The position numbers were made by a program, and so were the translations under genes. A DNA stretch of 64,000 nucleotides from Octopus vulgaris (taxonomy: Eukaryota), in assembly GCA_951406725.2 (NCBI GenBank), contig OX597824.1, forward strand, positions 14,384,001-14,448,000, read 5' to 3'. Numbering within the stretch: position 1 is the stretch's first letter; the number at the start of each line of letters is the position of its first letter. The notes beneath the pieces are model-generated. The model was not told where the DNA came from. It worked only from the letters and a program-made list of their open reading frames with translations, and made no database searches. Positions 26,161 to 38,680 of this stretch are shown piece by piece.

Positions 26161-26479
26161 ATATATTTTTGTATACACTGTCCAATGCGTCCGTCATTCT
26201 TCTAGAACAATATGATGCTAATTTAAGGAAATTTTAATAGTATTTCTGGTAAGTTCCCTCGCAACTTTAAGGAACCCGCAGAAAAACACAGGAAAGGAAG
26301 ATGTTTTTATAACTACACCACAAATTGGTGCCAGTTAATATACAATATTACTACAATGTATTAAAGGCTAATAAATCTCAAGGACCTCAATAAACTGTAC
26401 TAGAGCGACCCGATCCAATGCATGCATGTTTACGGGGGCGAAAAGCCATGTAAAATGATCTGACGATGTAATGTCCTTT

Positions 26480-27460
26480 CTATCTTTTAAGTGGTCGACG
26501 GGAGATTTGGCAGTTATTTCTAGCAGGTCGATCGACCGCGCAAAAGATCCATATTAATTGTTAACGTTATGTTGTGTAATTTATGTTTACAATATTTTAC
26601 TGTAATGGTGTCATGATATTTTAAATATTTTCTAAGTCAAGTACCAGTTTCAATGTTTATTACAGCAATAAATAAACGATGTGGTCTTCACCCTTTGTCC
26701 TCCGTCTCTTTTTATTACAGATAGGAATGAAAATAGTGCAATAAAGCCCGTTGTTGATTGGCTGTGATCAGCAATTCAAAGACGTTCCATTGATGAGCAT
26801 CCCATCTAACTTTTATTCCTTCTTCCACGTAATATTTACCAGATTGCAGCGTGTCTAGCCATTTTTTAAAAGACAGTAATGTCTAACTGAAATGAGGATA
26901 TATTGCTGCTATTTCTAGCAAGCCGAACGACCACCACTTGGACCAACCTATTGTTTAGCTTCAAGTTGAGATTTGATTAAATGGACCTGTGATCAAAGCC
27001 TTTCCAGCCACGACTATCATCATGTCTTTCTCTTGAGCATTGAGTATCTGGTGCATCTCATGTAAAGTGCCCCTCTTTCTTCCGAAGCGACTGGGTGGTA
27101 TTTGAGGGACATTTGGCTGCTATTTCTAGCAGGTCAAGTGATCGATTGGTGTTCCGTACAGGCAGTGTTGTGTAATCAATATGAGAAACTGTGTCCGATA
27201 GTTCGAATAGACCTATGATCAAAGGCGTTCAAACCACAGCCACCACGTCCTTCTCTTGGAGCATTGCGAATCTAGATGCCCATCATTTAATGTATCCCCT
27301 CTCTAGTTATGGCAGCAGTAATTTGAGGGTGGTTTGGCAGCTATTTCTAGCACTGCTTTCTGTGAAGATGATTGGGTGGTATTTGAGGGAGATTTGGCTG
27401 CTATTTCTAGCAGGTCAAGTGATCGCTTGGTGTTCCGTACAGGCAGTGTTGTGGTGAATA
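26480..27460. repeat. Cluster of an old dispersed repeat (core atttggctgctatttctagcagg) with a local ~75-bp duplication
   Basis: Core at ~26505, 26903, 27110, 27333, 27392; also at ~5980, 24142, 33888, 44840, 46245, 47390, 57975. Confidence 0.7.
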
Positions 27461-28267
27461 TGAAAGACTGATAGATCTGAGTTGACCAGGGACTAAACAA
27501 TCCAACAATTATCATACAAACCATCACCCTACAGACACCGGTTACTGTAATACTAGCCACCACACCCACATATCATTCACTATAGTATCTACCATCACAT
27601 GGCCACTGTCATAGGTAGGTAGGAGCATTCCGTCGGTTACGACGACGAGGGTCCCAGCTGATACGATCAACGGAACAGCTTGCTCATGGAATTAACGTGC
27701 AAGAGGCTGAGCACTCCACAGACACAAGTACCCTTAACGTAGTTCTCATGGAGATTCAGCGTGACACAGAGTGTGACAAGGCCGGCCCCTTGAAATACAG
27801 GTACAACTCATTTTTGCCAGCTGAGTGGACTGGAGCAACGTGAAATAAAGTGTCTTGCTCAAGGACACAACGCATCGCCAGGAATCGAACTCACGACCTT
27901 ACAATCGTCAGCCGAATGCCCTAACCACTAAGCCATGCGCCTTCACTCCACTGTCATACCAATCACCATATAACATACCACTAGCCACTACTATGCTGAC
28001 CAACTACTGCAGGATTTTCATACATTCATATTTTCCAGATGTCCAGGATTCAGGTGTAAAAATCTGTGTTTAGGAAGAATCTTTAAAAATGTCCAAAAGC
28101 TCGGAATTTTAGCTTCCATCACTTGTGTCAATTCACTACAGCTGTTTCCAACGAATTTTTAATTGATTAATAGGGAAATTATGTCATTAGAAGAAAAACG
28201 TTTTCATCAGGTGAATACTTGAACCAAAACATTTAAAAGCCAACAGCACATGCACCCAGTATATATA

Positions 28268-28477
28268 TATCTGTAAATGTAATATGTGACAATTATTCGG
28301 TAGCCATGATAAAACTCTGAGTTTCGGATGTCGAGGTGGAAATCCACGCTTTTTCATAGCATTTTTTCCGATGGCTGGATAACTGAAGAGATGCGGCGTG
28401 GATTTCCACCCCGACATCCGAAACTTGGAGTTTTATCATGGCTACCGAATAATTGTCACATATTACATTTACAGATA
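28268..28477. repeat. Palindrome (arms ~80 bp)
   Basis: tatctgtaaatgtaatatgtgacaattattcggtagcc… is mirrored by …ggctaccgaataattgtcacatattacatttacagata. Confidence 0.95.
28378..28437 (+). ncRNA. Type-I hammerhead motif within a palindromic Penelope-like fragment
   Basis: gataa-CTGAAGA-gatgcggcgtgga ttt ccaccccgacatcc-GAAA-cttggag-TT-ttatc. Confidence 0.6.
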
Positions 28478-28936
28478 AATTCCTCTATTTACATAATATC
28501 GAGGTCTCTTTCATTCTTTTGTTCTCTTACCATTTCTATCAATATGTGTGTGTGTGTGTCTGTGTGTGTATACATATACATATATAGGTGTAAAAAGGTT
28601 GAATGTAGATTCATCCTTTGATTTGGAGGTTTCCAAAAAAGATTTCTAATGTTGATTCTTCATATTTTGCTGGTAGTTTACAGGCGTAAATTAGCAAAGA
28701 TATGAAATTAATACTTGTATATGATGTGTGGTGAATTTATGGAAAGAAGTTCCATAAAACTCATCCATTCAGTTAAGAATGGAGAAGACAAGTTGTTAAA
28801 ATATATAAGAGAATTTTAATTCTTGCAGATGACTGTTTCGTACAGAGATATAAAAATAATGCATATTCATGATTGAATTGAATTAGATTGAATTAATTAA
28901 ATTAATTTAATTATACATATCATTGTACTCTTCACT

Positions 28937-29277
28937 GGAGGCGCAATGGTCCAGTGGTTAGGGCAGCGGACTCGTGGTCATTGGATCGCGGTTTCGATTC
29001 CCAGACCGGGCGTTGTGAGTGTTTATTGAGCGAAAACACCTAAAAGCTCCACGAGGCTCCGGCAGGGATGGTGGTGATCCCTGCTGTACTCTTTCACCAC
29101 AACTTTCTCTCACTCTTACATCCTGTTTCTGTTGTACCTGTATTTCAGGGGGCCGGCCTTGTCACTCTCTGTGTCACGCTGGAGTGCTCAGCCACTTACA
29201 CGTTAATTTCACGAGCAGGCTGTTCCGTTGATTCGGATCAACCGGAACCCTCATCATCGTAACCGACGGAGTGCTTC
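28937..29277 (+). mobile_element. tRNA(Arg)-like SINE, related subfamily
   Basis: Head ggaggcgcaatggtccagtggttagggcagcgg…gtttcgattccc; tail cgtaaccgacggagtgct. Relatives at ~27617-27946, 37929-38245, 39020-39277, 41150-41652 (-) and 53726-54045 (+). Confidence 0.8.
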
Positions 29278-29797
29278 CCCTGTACTCTTCAGTGCAGGAA
29301 GGATAAACAAAATTTCACTGAACTTGAGAAAGAATATAGAAGAAGAATTGAATCTAGGGGATTCATATTTTTATCCTTGTGAGAAAAGAGATGTGAGTCA
29401 TATTGGATTGTATGAAACAATCACCTGCAAGAATTAAAAATTTCTTATATATTTTAATAACTTGTCTTCTTGATGAGTTTTATGAAACTTCTTTCCATAA
29501 ATTCACCATCGAAATAAAAATCAAATGGAAATTGTAGTTGTGATATCCGTGCTTGTGGCACATAAAAAGCACCATCCGAACGTGGCCGATGCCAGCGCCG
29601 CATCGACTGGCTTCCATGCATGTAAAAAGCACCAACCAATCATGGCCGTTGCCAGCCTGCTCTGGCCCCTGTGCTGGTGGCACGTAAAAAGCACCCACTA
29701 CACTCACAGAGTGGTTGGCGTTAGCAGGGGCATCCAGCTGTAGAAACAATGAGAGAAATGGCTATGTTGAAGTAAATATTTAATTGTAAGTTTTGTA

Positions 29798-31043
29798 TTG
29801 AGTCATCCCATAAATAATGCGTTTTTTTCAAAAGTCAAAAGGGGATGGGATAAACTACCTGCATCAACTTGCTATAAAAGCAGGTATCAATTTTACCTTG
29901 TCCTGATTCTTAGTGCAAGTTTTGAAGAGTGCAGTTCGATTTTAACAATTATTTTTTCAAAGCTATAATGGTAGTGACAAAGAAGCATATTAGGCATATT
30001 TTACTTTATGAGTGCAATAAAGGCAACAACGAAATGGAAAGTGCAATGAATATTAATGTAGTATATGGGGATAGGACAATAAGCATAAGCCAGTGTCGAC
30101 AGTGGTTCCAGAAATTCTGAGCCGGAAACTACAGCCTAGAAGATGAGCCTCGTCTTGGAAGATCTGTAGAGCTAGACAAGGATGTCCTGCAAACCCTGGT
30201 GGAACAAAATTCCATTGTAACTGTTGAGGAACTAACAGAGAATCTTGGATTTGGTAATTCAACCATTCAGCAAAAGTTAGCAAATTGGGTCAATGGGTTC
30301 CTCACAAACTTTCCGAGTCTAATTGCACACAGAGAGTGAATGTGTGCTCTTCTTTGCTATCATGTCTCACAAATGAACCTTTTTTGGACCAAATAGTGAC
30401 TGGTGATGAGAAATGAGCTCTCTATAAAAATGTCAAGTGGCGAAGACAGTGGGCAGGGAAAGGAGAAACAACGGCACCCCAGACTAAAGAAGGTCCTCAC
30501 CCACGTAAAGTGTTGTTATCTGTTTGGTGGGATATAAAAGGTTTAGCCCACCTTGAACTTTTAAACCTAAACCAAACGATAACAAAGGAGATCGACTGAG
30601 AGCAGCTTGAGCAACTTAAGTCAGCACTAGAAGAAAAACAACCATCTTTGGTTTCCAGACGAAAGGTGTTCTTCCATCAGGATAATACTTGACCACATAG
30701 AGCAAGTAAAACATTTCAACGGCTGGAGTAGTTTGAATGGGAAACGATGCCCCACTCACCATATTTGCCGGACATTGCCCCATCTGATTATCATTTATTC
30801 TGCAGTCTTCAAAACCATTTGGATGGAAGAAATATGAATTCTGTAGACAAGGTCAGAACAATACTGGAGAAGTATAGACAAGTGAATTTTGGAAGAGGGG
30901 CCTTGCAAGTCTACCAGATAGATGGAAGAGCACTGCAGAAAATGAAGGAGAGTATATTTTAGATTAAAAAAGAACTTTGTTTATCTTAATTTTGAAAAAT
31001 AAAAGAAGTATAAAAAAACTGCATTATTTATGGGATAACCCAA
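29798..31043 (+). mobile_element. Decayed full-length mariner transposon (~1.25 kb)
   Basis: TIRs ttgagtcatcccataaataatgc / gcattatttatgggataacccaa, flanked by TA on both sides. Transposase motifs WVPHKL, IVTGDEK*, FHQDNT*PH and PHSPYLPDIAPSDYHLF, with several stops and frameshifts. Confidence 0.95.
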
Positions 31044-32549
31044 TATGTTCCTTTATTAACCCTACCATTCCCGAAGAGAATTAAAAATAAAATCAGGCAC
31101 AAATGGATGAAACTAAATATTTTAAATATCATCTGGCTGGCTTTTGGATGTCTTTAGTGGATTCTATTCTGATGTAAGCATTTGAGCCAGGTTTCTAATT
31201 TGGGAGTACCATTCTCCTTCCCTACCCCTCCGTCCCATCACTCTTGGAGGGCCTCCAAAGGCACAGGGACACTGCAGTTCCCTTCTGACTAAAAGATAAA
31301 AAATAGAAGAGTAACAACCTATATCATTTCTGATGATCATAATCGTTTCTGCTCTTGGCACAAGGCCAGCAATTTTAAGGGGATAAGGATGCCAATTTCA
31401 TCAGCCCCAGTATTCAACTGGTACTTATTCTATCGATCTCAAAAGGACGAAAATGCAAAATTGACATCAGCAAAATTTGAACTTCTAATCTGGATGGTTA
31501 GTGTTAGTAATGAGTAGTAACAGCTTCAATGAAGAGTATTCAGTTAGTCAATCAACTGAACTACCTGCTCATTGGAATAATCTGTAACTGAACATTCCAC
31601 AGACACATGTCCTAAATGTAATTCTCAGGTGACCTCAGCATGTGACTATGCTGGACATCAGCATTGAAAGTACAATCTAATGTGATCTGCTTCAGCACAG
31701 TTTCCATCTACCTAATTTCACTCAGAAAGCTGAAGTTGACCCAACACTATGGTAAAAAATGGTGAATTGACAGTCATTAAAGGGTTGGACAGAAGGCCTT
31801 ACAGTATTTTGAGGTGGTGATTTGGTAGAAACGTTAGCATGCCAGGCAAAATGCTTAGCAGTATTTCATCTGCCGCTACGTTCTGAGTTCAAATTCCACC
31901 GAAGTCGACTTTGCCTTTCATCCTTTCGGGGTCAATTAAATAAGTACCAGTTATGCACTGGGGTCGATATAATTGACTTAATCCGTTTGTCTGGCCTCTC
32001 CGTGTTTAGCCCCTTGTGGGTAGTAAAGAAATAGGTATTTCATCTGCCGCAACGTTCTGAGTTCAATTTCCGCTGAAGTCGACTTTACCTTTCATCCTTT
32101 CGGAGTCGATTAAATAAGTACCAGTTATGCACTGGTGTCGATATAATCGACTTAATCCCGTTTGTCCCCTCTGTGTGTAACCCCTTGTGGGCAGTAAAGA
32201 AATAAGAAGGCCTTGCAGTATTTGTTCCAACTCTGCACTCTGAGTTCAAATACAACTGCAGTCAACTTTCCCTTTTATCCTTCAGGGTTGATAAATAAAG
32301 CATCAACCAAGTACTGAGGCCAATTTGTCAACATCTCAGCTTTCTTCAGATGGACTTACCCAGGTCAAAAACTGCCCAAGACAAACCGCATATCACAATG
32401 GCACTGTAACAACTTCATCGGTTGAAGGCTCAAGACAGGGCAAAGCAATGTTAAAAGACGCTTAGGCAAGATGCCACATGATGGCATCAAGTTGAAGACC
32501 TTATAATTGCAACACAAAATTCTTAACCATTCATCCGTACTGATTTAAG

Positions 32550-33070
32550 AAGTGAAGTCTGTGAGGAATGAAGATTTGCTGATGTCAAGGGCAACAACTT
32601 TGCTAATGCCAAAACTATTATTGGTGTGGTATAATGGCTTCAAGGAAATGACATGACGTATAAACAAACTACATGTGAGTCAGGCAGTCGTATATCTGGC
32701 AGCTTATATATTGCAATGTAAATTAGTCAGGGAGACAAATTGAATATATTGATGACAACAGGATCTCACATCAAGAGCGAAGTTATTGGAATTTATTGAC
32801 CAAAGATGTATCTAATAACAGTTGTTAGTACAATAAGCTGTCTTGGTGGTTGTAGTGATGAAGTAGGTGGATGGAAGGGAAACAAGATGGTTTTACCAGC
32901 AGAAACATGGTTTACTGAGTTGTTGTAGTACTTTGTGGTGAGGATATTTGGCTAGAGTAAAGGTAGAGGAGGTAGCGGATATGAATGAAAATGAGGCAGA
33001 TTTACCTATAGAAGTACTTTGTCATGGAGATGACAATGGACCAAGATACCTGGCAATATTAGGTTCTTCT
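32550..33070 (-). mobile_element. Heavily decayed LINE reverse-transcriptase fragment
   Basis: Minus strand near 32575-32605 reads KVVALDISKS, matching the LINE RT motif (xxxLDxSKAFD). The rest is degenerate. Confidence 0.6.
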
Positions 33071-34188
33071 CCCTTGGCACCTGTGCAGGTGGCACATAAA
33101 AAGCACCCACTACACTCACGGAGTGGTTGGCGTTAGGAAGAGCATCCAGCTGTAGAAACGTTGCCAGATCAGACTGGAGCCTGGGGCAGCCTCCTGGCTT
33201 CCCAGACTCCAGTCAAACCATCCAATCCATGCCAGCATGGAAAACAGGCGTTAAACGATGATGATGATGATGATGATGTACATTCTGACCCCCGTACCTT
33301 GAAGGTATGCCCTAGCATTTCACCACTTGGCTGGCAAAAGTGAGTAATTCTGCGATGGGCTGGTGGGGGAATACATACGCCACTGAAATCAGGAAACTGG
33401 CCCTTATAAGCCTGGCATGGCTCAAGAAGGAAACTTTACCTTTACCTTTATGCCAGCATGGAAAACAGGCATTAAAGGATGATGATGATGATGATAATGA
33501 TGTTAATGATGATGCTCCAGTCCATTCACCTGGCAAAAATGAGTAATCATGTAACAGATCAGCATCCAGTCCAGTTGGGGAGTATGTGTGCCACTGAAAT
33601 CAGGGAAACTGGCCCTTATGAGTCAGCATGACTCGAGGAGGTAACTTTATCTTTATCTTACACCAGCATGGTAAACAGGCATTAAAGATGATGATGATGG
33701 TGATGATGATGAAGTATTATTGGGTTATTCAGTGGTTACTTAATCCAAGGCTAACACTGATCCACTTACTCCGGGGTCAAAGACTTTTCACTTGTAACCT
33801 CCCTGTTTTTTTTATCTCTTTTATACTAGACATTATCCAATGTGCCCTTCCCTTTTTTTTTCAGCAGATGTTAATTTGAGTGCAGCCTGGCTGTTATTTC
33901 TAGCAGGTTAACATTAGCGTCTCCTTTATCAGTTGTGGGTTGTTGTAATCCTTTATTTGTGTATCTGTGCACTTGTTTCAGTCATTTGACTATGGGCCAT
34001 GCTGGAGCACCACCTTTAGTCAAACAAACTGACCCCAGGACTTATTCTTTGTAAGCCTAGTACTTATTCTATCAGTCTCTTTTGCCAAACTGCTAAGTTT
34101 CATGGACGTAAACACACCAACATCGGATATCTAGTGATGGTGGGAGTGACAAAAACAGACACGCAAACACATGCATATATATACATAC

Positions 34189-34256
<68 letters not shown>

Positions 34257-37104
34257 TCTTTTACTTGCTTCAGTCATTTGACTGCAGCCATTCTGGAGCA
34301 CTGCCTTTAGTTGAGCAAATCGACCCAAAGGATTTAGTCTTTGTAAGCCTAGTACTTATTCTATCGGTCTATTTTGCCAACCGCTAAGTTACAGGAACAT
34401 AAACACAGCAACATCGGTAGTCAAGCGATGTTGGGGGGACAAACACAGACACACAAACATATACACATTCATATACATATATATATTTATACGACAGGTT
34501 TTTTTCAGTTTCCGTCTACCGAATCCACTCACAAGGCTTTGGTCAGCCTGAGGCTATAGTAGAAGACACTTGCCCAAGGCATCATGCAGTGGGACTGAAC
34601 CCAGAACCATGTGGTTGGGAAGCAAGCTCCTTACCACACAGCCACTCCCTGCTCCTTATAAAAATTTTCTCCCTATCCTTTTGTATGAAAAGGATTCTTA
34701 CAAGAATGACATATGTTTGCAGATGTCTGCAAGTGATGACTCACAAATGATGCAGGCTGTGTTTTAACAATACAACAGCAACAGCAGCAGAATCCCATCA
34801 CCATCATTACTTTAACGATCATTTTCCATGCTTGCATGGGTCAGACGGAATTTGTTGAGGCAGACTTTCCCCAGCTGGTTGCCTTTCCTGATGCAACCCT
34901 CATTTTTGTTTCCAAGCAAAGCAATATTACCCCCATCGCTGGAACATGTTTTCACAGAAGACTTGAAACAAAGGACACTTCTTCTATCTGTGTGGGTGTG
35001 TGTAATGTATTTCGGTCAATGTATACCGAAGGAAATAAAGGCTTGAGTGGGGAAAACGCACAAACAAACGGTTGCAATACTCAGTCATTTGACTGCAGCC
35101 ATGCTGGAGCACCGCCTTTAGTCGAGCACATCGATCCCAGGACAGATTCTTTGTAAGCCTAGTACTTATTCTATTGGTCTCTTTTGCCGAACCGCTAAGT
35201 TATGGGGATGCAAACACACCAGCATCGGTTGTCAAGCGATGTTGGGGGACAAACACAGACACACATACATATACATATATACATAAGATGGGCTTCTTTC
35301 AGTTTCCATCTACCAAATCCACTCAAGGCTTTGGTCGGCCCGAGGTTATAGTAGAAGACACTTGCCCAAGGTGCCACGCAGTGGGACTGAACCCGGAACC
35401 ATGCGGTTCGTAAGCAAGCTACTTACCACACTGCCACTCCTATGCCAGCAATATTCATTTATAAGTATTTGTGCAAAGAGATACAAACACACACACATCA
35501 TCATCACCTTCATTTAACATCCCATTTTCCATGTCGGCATGGGTTAGATGGCTTGACTGGAACTGTAAGCCGGAGCGCTGCACCACATTCTAGTCTGAAT
35601 TTGACCTGGCAGAAACATTAGCATGCCGGGCGAAATGCTTAGCGGTATTTCGCCTGCCGTTACATTCTGAGTTCAAATTCCGCCGAGGTAGACTTTGCCT
35701 TTCATCCTTTCAGGGACGATTAAATAAGTACCAGTTATGCACTGGGGTCGATATAATCAACTTAATCTCTTTGTCTGTCCTTGTTTGTCCCCTCTGTGTT
35801 TAGCCCCTTGTGGGTAATAAAGAAATAGGTATTTCGTCTGCCGTTACATTCTGAGTTCAAATTCTGCCGAGGTCGACTTTACCTTTCATCCTTTCAGGGT
35901 CGATAAATTAAGTACCAGTAACACACTGGGGTCGATGTAATCGACTTAATCCCTTTGTCTGTCCTTGTTTGTCCCATCTGTGTTTAGCCCCTTGTGGGTA
36001 GTAAAGAAATAGGTTTCTATGGTTGGATGCTCTTCCTAACACCAACCACTCTGAGAGTGTAGCGGGTCCCTTTTACGTATCACTGGTACAGGTGCCCTAG
36101 TGTGTCATCAGCTTTTACGTGCCACTGGCACAGCAGCTGCTATGTGTCACCAGCACTTGCCACACCTACGATTTCACTTGGCTTGATGAATTTTCTAAAG
36201 CACAGCAAATTGCCAAAGGTCACAGTCACTTGTCATCACTTCCATGAGACTCCACATCCGAAGGTCAAGCTTCATCACCTCGTCCCATGTCTTCCTGGAT
36301 CTACCCCTTCCACACGTTCCCTCCATATAAATAAACACACATAAATAGAACAGGCTTCTTTCAGTTTCTATTTACTAAATTCATTCAGTGTTTCTGATCT
36401 GGCAGAAACACTGCCAGATCAGACTGGGCCTGCTGCAGCCTCCTGGCTTCCCAGACCCCAGTCGAACCGTCCCAACTCATGCTAGCATGGAAAGCGGACG
36501 TTAAACGATGATGATGATGATGATTCACAAAGCTTTGGCTGGCCAGAGCTTTAGTAGAAGACATTTGCCCCAAATTCCACACAGTGGGACTGAACTTGAA
36601 ATGACGAGGATGGGAAATGAAGTTCTGGACCACACAAACATGACTGAAGCACAGGCATGGTTGTTTGGTCTAGAATTATGGATTATGGTTAGTGTGGTTC
36701 AAATTATGGGATTACTGACATATCTAAAATGGTAGGGGATAGTTAATAGCCTTCAACTGGGAGAAAGAGGCTGGACCTACATCATTGCAGGGCATCACAG
36801 GCAACATATGGTCATTGTACATATATACATATATGATGTATCATTGTGGTTCCCCACCACCACCATTGCTTGAGAACTAGTATTTATGTCCCTGTAACTT
36901 AGCAGTTCAGCAAAAGACACCAACAGAATAAGTACCAGGCTTACAAAAATTAAGTATGGTAGTTGATTTGTTAGATTTAAACTTTTCGAGACACTGCCCC
37001 AGCAAGGCCAGTTTAACGATTGAAACAAGTAAAAGATACTCCATTATCACAGACGTCTCATATGGGAATCATCAACCAGCTGTGATTCTAACAGTGGACA
37101 CCAT

Positions 37105-37692
37105 ACCTACTTCTTTACTACCCACAAGGAGCTGAACACAGAGGGGACAAACAAGGACAGACATAGGTATTAAGTCGATTACATCAACCCCAGTGCGTAA
37201 CTGGTACTTAATTTATCGACACCGAAAGGATAAAAGGTAAAGTCGACCTCAGCGGAATTTAAACTCATAACGTAGCAGCAGACGAAATACCTATTTCTTT
37301 GCTACACACAAAGGGCTAAACACAGAGGGGACAAACAAGGACAGACATAGGTATTAAGTCGATTACATCAACCCCAGTGCGTAACTGGTACTTAATTTAT
37401 CGACACCGAAAGGATAAAAGGCAAAGTCGACCTCGGCGGAATTTGAACCTAGAACGTAACAGCAGACGAAATACCTATTTCTTTACTACACACAAGGGGC
37501 TAAACAAGGATAGACAAATGGATCAAGTCGACTACATCGGCCCCAGTGCGTAAATGGTACTTAATCTATCGACCCCGAAAGGATGAAAAACGAAGTTGCC
37601 CTCGGCGGAATTTGAACCCAGAACGAAACGGCAGACGAAATACGGCTAAGCATTTCGCCCGGCATGCTGACAGTTCTGCCAGCTCGCCGCCT
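37105..37692 (-). mobile_element. Family-B SINE trimer
   Basis: Three reverse-complement bodies joined at gacgaaatacctatttcttt; head at the right end. Confidence 0.85.
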
Positions 37693-38468
37693 TTAACCGT
37701 ATATATGGACACCATATATGCAAGGATCAAATATTGATGATAAATCTGAACTGATTGTACTAATCCATGTTTTCAGCTGTCTCCATCACCCTTTATGCCT
37801 TCCAGTGAAAGGATCCAGTGCAATTGCATGGCAATGTAGCTAACTTCTTAACCACAGAGTTACACATCTTCATCTTCATCATTTTCTAGGTGAAGCACGG
37901 AGCTGCAGATGACAGAATTGGTTTTGGAAGCACTCCGTTGGTTACGACGATGAGGGTTCCGGTTGATCCGAATCAACGGAACAGCCTGCTTGTGAAATTA
38001 ACGTATAAGTGGCTGAGCACTCCACAGACATGTGCACCCTTAACGTAGTTCTCGGGGATATTCAGCGTGACACACAGAGTGACAAGGCCGGCCCCTTGAA
38101 ATACAGGTACAACAGAAACAGGAAGTAAGAGTGAGAGAAAGTTGTGGTGAAAGAGTACAGCAGGGATCACCACCATTCCCTGCCGGAGCCTCGTGGAGCT
38201 TTTAGGTGTTTTCACTCAATAAACACTCACAACGCCCAGTCTGGGAAACAGAATTGTCAGAACATCAGACACAAATGCCTTGCAAGTATTTAGTTATGAC
38301 CCTTTAAGCTCTGATCAAAATCCTGCTATGGTCAACTATGCCGTTTATCTTTCCAGGGGTGACAGAATAAAGGAACAGTCAAGTATTGGGGCCAATGTAA
38401 TCAGCTATTTCCACTCCCCAAATTTGGTGCCTTGTACAACATCATCATTTAATGTCTGTTCTTGATGC

Positions 38469-38680
38469 CGTTGTTGTTGTTGTTGTTAAGCAACAAGACA
38501 GGTAAGGGTGATTAGGTGACGGTCTAGGGCTTAGGGGCAGGAGACCCCAGACCTTGGGAAAAAAAAAAACTTTGGTTGTCTTGTTGTAGTCAAGGGCTTT
38601 TCGTTGACGCCCGACACCACTGGGAGGTGGCCCTCGAAGTCGTTGGAAATGGAAATCTCCAGGTCCAAATTCTTGAACAG
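38469..38680 (-). mobile_element. Short retroposed insert (LINE 3' end) with (AAC)n tail inside a family-C SINE
   Basis: Flanked by TSD-like ctgttcttgatgc / ctgttctcaatgc; gtt repeat tail at the left end. Confidence 0.65.
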
